A program made the position numbers and the translations under genes. A stretch of DNA of 64,000 nt from the NCBI GenBank assembly GCA_010093745.1, contig MU006028.1, forward strand, positions 1 to 64,000. The letters run 5' to 3'. The DNA comes from Piedraia hortae CBS 480.64. Lineage: Eukaryota. The notes under the pieces were generated by a model. That model saw only the letters and a program-made list of their open reading frames with translations. It was not told the DNA's origin and searched no databases. How positions within the stretch are numbered: position 1 is the first letter of the stretch; the number at the start of each line of letters is the position of its first letter. Of this stretch, positions 58,889-64,000 are shown in pieces.

Positions 58889-59758
58889 CTAAAAAATCCA
58901 AAACCTCTTCCTCCTGGGATGCCCGCCCGAAACTGCCGTCGAGGGCGTATACGTCCTGAACTGCCGCTGCTGTTTGCGCACCTTCCACGCCGCCAACCCT
59001 GCCGTAGCCAAACTCATCATGGCCACAGACAAAAAGACAAAAGCAGCAACCAGCAGCCAAATCGCTGACCCAAACTTGGCGTGCGACCGATGAGCGTCAT
59101 CAATCCCAAACCGAGCAACATTAACGTGTCTCCTGACCACGCCAAACGTGACAAAATCCGTAACCAGTGCAATCAGCGTCAAGATCCATGCCAGAGACGT
59201 AGCCGTCGCGCCGAGTAGAGTTCCCGCAACGCCGCCAGTGACCGAAAGCAATAGCGCAATAAAAGCCAGCGCGCAGCTAATAGGGTGCAGGACCATAATC
59301 CTAGTCAAGCCAGCGGGAACGCCAGACGAAATCTCCGAAAAGGGCCGCATGCTATTCGCCAGCGCTGCATTGATGTTGCTGATAATCCGCGCGGGGCTGT
59401 AGCCTACATGTTGCTTCGTGCACCAGTCGTGAGGCGAACTGTCATCTTGGTCAGCGGCGATGTGGGCAAAGAAGGCAGAGCGGCAGTGCTTACTCAATCG
59501 GAGGGACGTCGAGGATGCAGTATCCAAACGTGCCAAACGTAACGCTGCTGTGGCGAATCTGTGTCTCGTTGGGTAATGTCACACGCAGGAGGCTGTTGCG
59601 GTTCATGATTGGCGATGACACCGTGACGAATAAAAGGAAGAGGCCTGAGATGAATAAGAGAAGGAGGCTGAGTCTGCGCACAATTGTTAGCCAACGGTTG
59701 AATATGATAACAAGGGTTGCGAGGCATACAGGTGACTGGCATGATATGCCTTGGCCAT
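58889..59758 (-). CDS. PalI/Rim9/Sur7 family tetraspan protein; introns 59729-59674, 59493-59439
   Basis: Spliced MAKAYHASHLLSLLLLF..'VTFGTFGYC..DWCTKQHVGY', 'LTRIMVLHPISC', 'AKFGSAIW'. Confidence 0.9.
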
Positions 59759-60169
59759 TGTGTGCTTGAGAAGTTTGATCTTCTGATCTGCAAACTGATA
59801 TGTATAGGTTTATGACAGGTATAACGATCAGGCGTGAGAAATTAGGTGAGTGAGGTGTAGGAAAGAAGGAGAAGAATCGTCTGTTTCGACGGTTAAAAGG
59901 AAGCTTGACAGGATCCGCTGTGCAATTACTGTTCCCTAACTGTGGCGGAAGGTGCCATGCTTACCTGAGGAAAGAACGAGGGAATTATGATTTTGGGACG
60001 GGTACTCACAATACGTCAATGACAGTCAGCATATAGTAAACAGTTACCGGCTGGGAGTTCGAACAAAGGATTCTTTGCCCTACACCAAGATAGCTTAACT
60101 TTCATTCGTGTCAGACAAGGCAGACACTACTGTATGCGAAAAAGCTCTAAACTTTTGCCTAGAACCATA

Positions 60170-61396
60170 TTAATGATCGCTTGAAATGGTGATGAGCGGC
60201 CGCCTTCTGTGACGCTGCGGTTGGACGGGGCTCTCATCTGAAGTGTCGAAATTTTGTTGAGCACCATCGTAACCGTCTGCGTCGTCCTCATCGTCTTGAT
60301 CTGAGTCTTGATTTGAGTCTTGTTCCTCATCGTCTTCTGAGTCATCGCTTCCTTCCTCTTCGTCTGAATCGTAATCTTGCTCGTCCTCATCTTCTCCGTC
60401 TTCTTGGTCATCGTTACGAGATCCTTGACCTAGATAGAGCAGCGAAGGGTCTTCTTCATCGTCGACAGAGTGTGATGATGCATCGTGATCTCCCCAGCTA
60501 CCAGTCTCCATGTCATCAAGAGTATACTGGCTCTGGTGATAGGTGGCCTCATCATCATCGTCGTCGTCGTCATTTTCAATAAAATCATCCATTTCGGAAT
60601 CCGCTTCGTCTTCGTCAAGCGTTGAATCAAAGGGAAAAGGCCGGGCCAACGAGCCAAATGATCCGGTGTGATCTATTACATGAAAACGTGGCCGCATCTC
60701 TATCTCGTCGTCATCGTCAGCATCGTCGTCATCTTCATCTTCACTGTTGTCCATGACAGAGAAAAATCTGTCGTCATCATATGGCATTATCTCCTCGTCT
60801 GAGAAATACTCTCCATCGAAGCTCAGATGACAGTTAGTGCAGACGTTGTCTTCGACTTCCCATTGGCAGTTCGGACAACGTTCGACGCCATCAGTCTCGT
60901 CGACAAGCGGTTGCGTACGGAAAAGTCCCTGGAACAAGCCGCCGCCGTTAACATTAGCCTTATCATTGGCCACAGTATTTGCTTCTTCGTCCGCCATTCG
61001 TTTATTTTCTTCCAAGGAATCGCCGTGAGCCAGTAGGTGAGCGCGGCTGTTGAAATGCGCGGCGATGTCCCGTATGACGTATGATGGTACAGGCTGAATT
61101 TCCACATCGGCACGGCAGTCGGGACAGGATAGTGTCTTTTGCAGCCATTTGCTTAGGCAGCTGTAGCAATACGTGTGGCCACAGTGGAGGGTGTATGGCT
61201 CGAACATAAAGATCTGACAGATTCGGCACGTGATGAGTTGCCGGACGGCGCTGATATCGGCCTGCAGTGTTTCCAGCTGTGTTTCATGCTGAGATGCTGC
61301 TTCAGAACCAGCATCTTTTGGAAGTCTGGCAGTTCGACCGAATTCGCCGCCAGAACACTCGGTCTTGAGTTTTTTTCTGGAGGAGAGGGCCTCCAT
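60170..61396 (-). CDS. RING (C3HC4) E3 ubiquitin ligase, Psh1-like, with acidic tail
   Basis: 'CRICQ..CGHTYCYSCL..CPDCR', second Zn site 'DGVERCPNCQWEVEDNVCTNC', D/E-rich C-terminus. Confidence 0.85.
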   Translation of the reverse strand: MEALSSRKKLKTECSGGEFGRTARLPKDAGSEAASQHETQLETLQADISAVRQLITCRICQIFMFEPYTLHCGHTYCYSCLSKWLQKTLSCPDCRADVEIQPVPSYVIRDIAAHFNSRAHLLAHGDSLEENKRMADEEANTVANDKANVNGGGLFQGLFRTQPLVDETDGVERCPNCQWEVEDNVCTNCHLSFDGEYFSDEEIMPYDDDRFFSVMDNSEDEDDDDADDDDEIEMRPRFHVIDHTGSFGSLARPFPFDSTLDEDEADSEMDDFIENDDDDDDDEATYHQSQYTLDDMETGSWGDHDASSHSVDDEEDPSLLYLGQGSRNDDQEDGEDEDEQDYDSDEEEGSDDSEDDEEQDSNQDSDQDDEDDADGYDGAQQNFDTSDESPVQPQRHRRRPLITISSDH

Positions 61397-61779
61397 TTCG
61401 CGATGTCGTTTCGGTGCCAGCGTGATTGGCTCTCTTGAGGTTTGTGGACCGGAACTTGGTTGTAATGGTGGTGCGAGGAAGAGGTGAGGTCAGCTGAATG
61501 CCCGATGTCGCAAGCACGAGATTTGTCGTCGGGACGGCTCGAGCCGCGCTATACCATAATGGGCAGGTCAGTTTCCCTACTTCCAAGCAGCTGCAACGAG
61601 GTGTTTCTCTTGAGCGTGCTAAAAGTATTTGCTGGTATGTAGCGTAGCCAACAACCAATTACACTGTTATCCATATGCCAGTCGTTGTACTCAATCTGCA
61701 AATATGATTATACATACAACCCAAGAGAGGCAGCCCTGTTTGTGTCTTTAAATCCATCACATCATGAAATACTCGTGGT

Positions 61780-63153
61780 TCAATGTCCATTCTTTGCCGA
61801 CTGCGGTAGTTCGTGGACGGCTTCCTCGATAATGCGCAGCGCATCCCTGACCTGCTCCTCGCTGATGACGAGCGGAGGCGCTAGACGAATAATATTCTGG
61901 TGCGTCGGCTTGGCTAACAGACCCTTCTGCTTCATCAACATGCAAAGGTCCCACGCCTCGTGGCCGTTTGTGCGGCTCTCATCGATGACGATGGCATTCA
62001 AGAGGCCCTTACCCCGTACAGTTTGGATCATGGGCTCCCGCTTCTGCAGATCATGGAGGCCCCTGCGGAATATCTCGCCCATCTTCTCTGCGCGCTCCGT
62101 CAGCTGTTCGTCCTCAACAACCTCGAGAGCGGCAATGGCCACGGCACTTCCGAGCGGGTTACCGCCATACGTGCTGCCGTGCGTGCCGGGCTCGACCGTT
62201 AGCATAATTTCCTTGGAGCCCAACACGCACGACACGGGATACATGCCGCCGCTAATGGCCTTGCCAAGCAGCACCAGATCCGGCCGGATTCCGGCCCACT
62301 GATGGCAAAGCATTTTTCCTGTTCGCGCGATTCCCGTCTGGATCTCGTCGCAGATCATTAGCACGTTGTGCTTGTCGCACAGCTCGCGCACGCGCTTCAG
62401 GTAATCCTCGTCTGGCACGACAATGCCCGCCTCACCCTGAATTGGCTCGACGAGAAAACCAGCAGTCTGCGGGCCGTACTTCTTAAAAACCTCTTCCAGC
62501 GCCGCGGCATCGTTGAAGGGGATTGGATTCCCGGTGCTGGGGTTAACAGAGCTGACATTGGGCAGATACGGGCCATAGTTGTCACGACTCTCGGGATCAG
62601 AGCTCAGGGTGATTGCCGAAAAGGTTCGACCGTGGAAGTTCTCCTGCACACCAAACACCCACGCCTTGTCCTGTTCAATCTTCTTGACCTTGTATCCCCA
62701 TTTACGTGCAATCTTGACGGCTGTCTCGACCGCCTCGGCGCCCGTGTTCATGGGCAGAACCATGTCGTAGTCCATCATCTTGGTGATCTTGGCCGCAAAT
62801 TGCGGGAAGACATCATTGTAGAAGGCGCGGCTGCTCAGAGTCAGTCGGCTGGCCTGGTCCGTGAGCGCCTTGACGAGCTTCGGATGGCAATGGCCCTGGT
62901 TGACGGCTGAGTAGGCCGAAAGAAAGTCGAGGTAGTGCTTGCCCTCGGGGTCCCACACCGAACATCCCGACGCTCTCGCAAAGACAATGGGCAGCGGGTG
63001 GTAGTTGTGCGCGGCGTGAGCCGCTTCGGTTTCGATCGCCGCCTGCGATGATTCTGTGTGCACATGGGACGCCGCCGGCTTGAAGGTCGCCGCTGTCGCG
63101 TTCAACGTGGCCCCAATGGCCTGTTCAGTCTTCTCAATAGCGCCTGGAGCCAT
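61780..63153 (-). CDS. CAR2: Ornithine aminotransferase
   Basis: 'AHNYHPLP', 'LSAYSAVNQGHCHP', 'EPIQGEAG', 'DEIQTG', 'GKAISGG'. Confidence 0.97.
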   Translation of the reverse strand: MAPGAIEKTEQAIGATLNATAATFKPAASHVHTESSQAAIETEAAHAAHNYHPLPIVFARASGCSVWDPEGKHYLDFLSAYSAVNQGHCHPKLVKALTDQASRLTLSSRAFYNDVFPQFAAKITKMMDYDMVLPMNTGAEAVETAVKIARKWGYKVKKIEQDKAWVFGVQENFHGRTFSAITLSSDPESRDNYGPYLPNVSSVNPSTGNPIPFNDAAALEEVFKKYGPQTAGFLVEPIQGEAGIVVPDEDYLKRVRELCDKHNVLMICDEIQTGIARTGKMLCHQWAGIRPDLVLLGKAISGGMYPVSCVLGSKEIMLTVEPGTHGSTYGGNPLGSAVAIAALEVVEDEQLTERAEKMGEIFRRGLHDLQKREPMIQTVRGKGLLNAIVIDESRTNGHEAWDLCMLMKQKGLLAKPTHQNIIRLAPPLVISEEQVRDALRIIEEAVHELPQSAKNGH

Positions 63154-63415
63154 GGTGAACCAATTGTTTGGGAAGTCAAACGCTTGCGGTCATTCAACAT
63201 TTTCTTTAACCCCGCGGGGCCCCGCATACCGCTTACTAGCGGCTCAACGTTAAGCATTAGCCCTATATGTCATGAGTGACGAAAGTAATCATAAGTAACA
63301 GCTTTTGTCATGATTAACAACGCTTTCGTGAATTATGTTCTAGAGTGTCCCAACGCCTCATGCTCTGCTTCGCCGTCTTAGGTGGATGTCGTGCCCGTCC
63401 AGAGTACCAGACCTT

Positions 63416-63880
63416 TCAATCACTTGATACTACCTCCTGCTGCTTTCCATTCTTCCAGTATGTGCCATTGACGGCGGCGCTGATGCCCACGCCGACCGCT
63501 ATCAGGATTCCGACAACCAAAACCGCCATGACGATGCGAATAGCCAATCGCTGACGCTTGCTCAAATTCGACCACCTGTCTTTGATGGGGGCGCATGAGA
63601 GTAGGCCCTTGTCTGCCCGTCGTCGTCGCTTCTCCTCTTGACGTTGCTGCACCAGCGTTTGTCGCGACGGCCACATTCTGCATTCCTTGATGTCGACGCT
63701 GACCTTGTTTGTGAAAGGGTTTTCGTCGTTGATCGACAGCGGCGTCGCTGCACCGCTCTCCATGTCCGTCTCGAAGGGCGCCAGCTTTTCGGCGGAGCCT
63801 GCCGGGGTGAGCACAGAAGACGTCATGGCCGACTTCTCAATCGAGGCCCCAAAGGTAGAAGTGGTAGGTTGCGTGGCCAT
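63416..63880 (-). CDS. Hypothetical single-pass membrane protein
   Basis: 154-aa ORF; 'ECRMWPS', 'WSNLSKRQRLAIRI' followed by a TM helix near the C-terminus. Confidence 0.75.
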   Translation of the reverse strand: MATQPTTSTFGASIEKSAMTSSVLTPAGSAEKLAPFETDMESGAATPLSINDENPFTNKVSVDIKECRMWPSRQTLVQQRQEEKRRRRADKGLLSCAPIKDRWSNLSKRQRLAIRIVMAVLVVGILIAVGVGISAAVNGTYWKNGKQQEVVSSD

Positions 63881-64000
63881 TAAAGGTGGTTATGTCGGAG
63901 GTCACGCCTTCCCTCCTCAAATCTTTACAGTGGCAGGGCTGACCGCGCGTATAAAAGGCAGTTAATCAATCAAGAACATGCGGTTGACGCCTGTTGCATC

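Noticed and set aside
1..64000. CRISPR array, Starship captain recombinase, secondary-metabolite cluster, TGA-CTA readthrough
   Set aside because: No repeat-spacer array, tyrosine recombinase or PKS/NRPS seen; the stop contexts I checked lack the readthrough motif.

Overview
Eukaryotic genomic DNA from a filamentous ascomycete with a very compact gene layout. Evidence: GTRNGT..CTRAC..YAG introns of about 45-65 nt, intergenic spacers often only 110-180 bp, and intron-containing tRNAs. A Dothideomycete-like origin is an inference only. There are two N-gaps. About 25 intact protein genes were identified by motif recognition: SPP2-like G-patch, Seb1/Msn2-like C2H2 factor, PITH, UBX/TUG, RPL36, Sfk1-like, RPC11, pyruvate carboxylase, RSA4, sphingolipid C9-methyltransferase, nitronate monooxygenase, Hsp31, RhoGAP, FAD monooxygenase, DUF1749, SAP30BP, PRE4, eIF3j, clathrin heavy chain, Eis1-like, PalI/Sur7, Psh1-like RING and ornithine aminotransferase, plus two hypothetical membrane proteins. 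tRNA-Glu(CTC) and tRNA-His(GTG) are also present. Three decayed accessory zones interrupt the genes (about 9-11.9, 22.7-32.9 and 49.9-58.8 kb). The second and third hold two solo-LTR families, Ty3/gypsy, copia, LINE, hAT, MULE and PIF-Myb relics, and F-box and trypsin-like protease pseudogenes; the first could not be assigned. The most striking unexplained signals are (i) a regional saw-tooth of C/A-rich versus G/T-rich blocks that flips synonymous codon usage in the middle of ORFs, and (ii) a mosaic of short, co-oriented fragments from five TE superfamilies bracketed by two protease pseudogenes. No novel system can be established from the sequence alone. All family calls are by eye; no database search was run.
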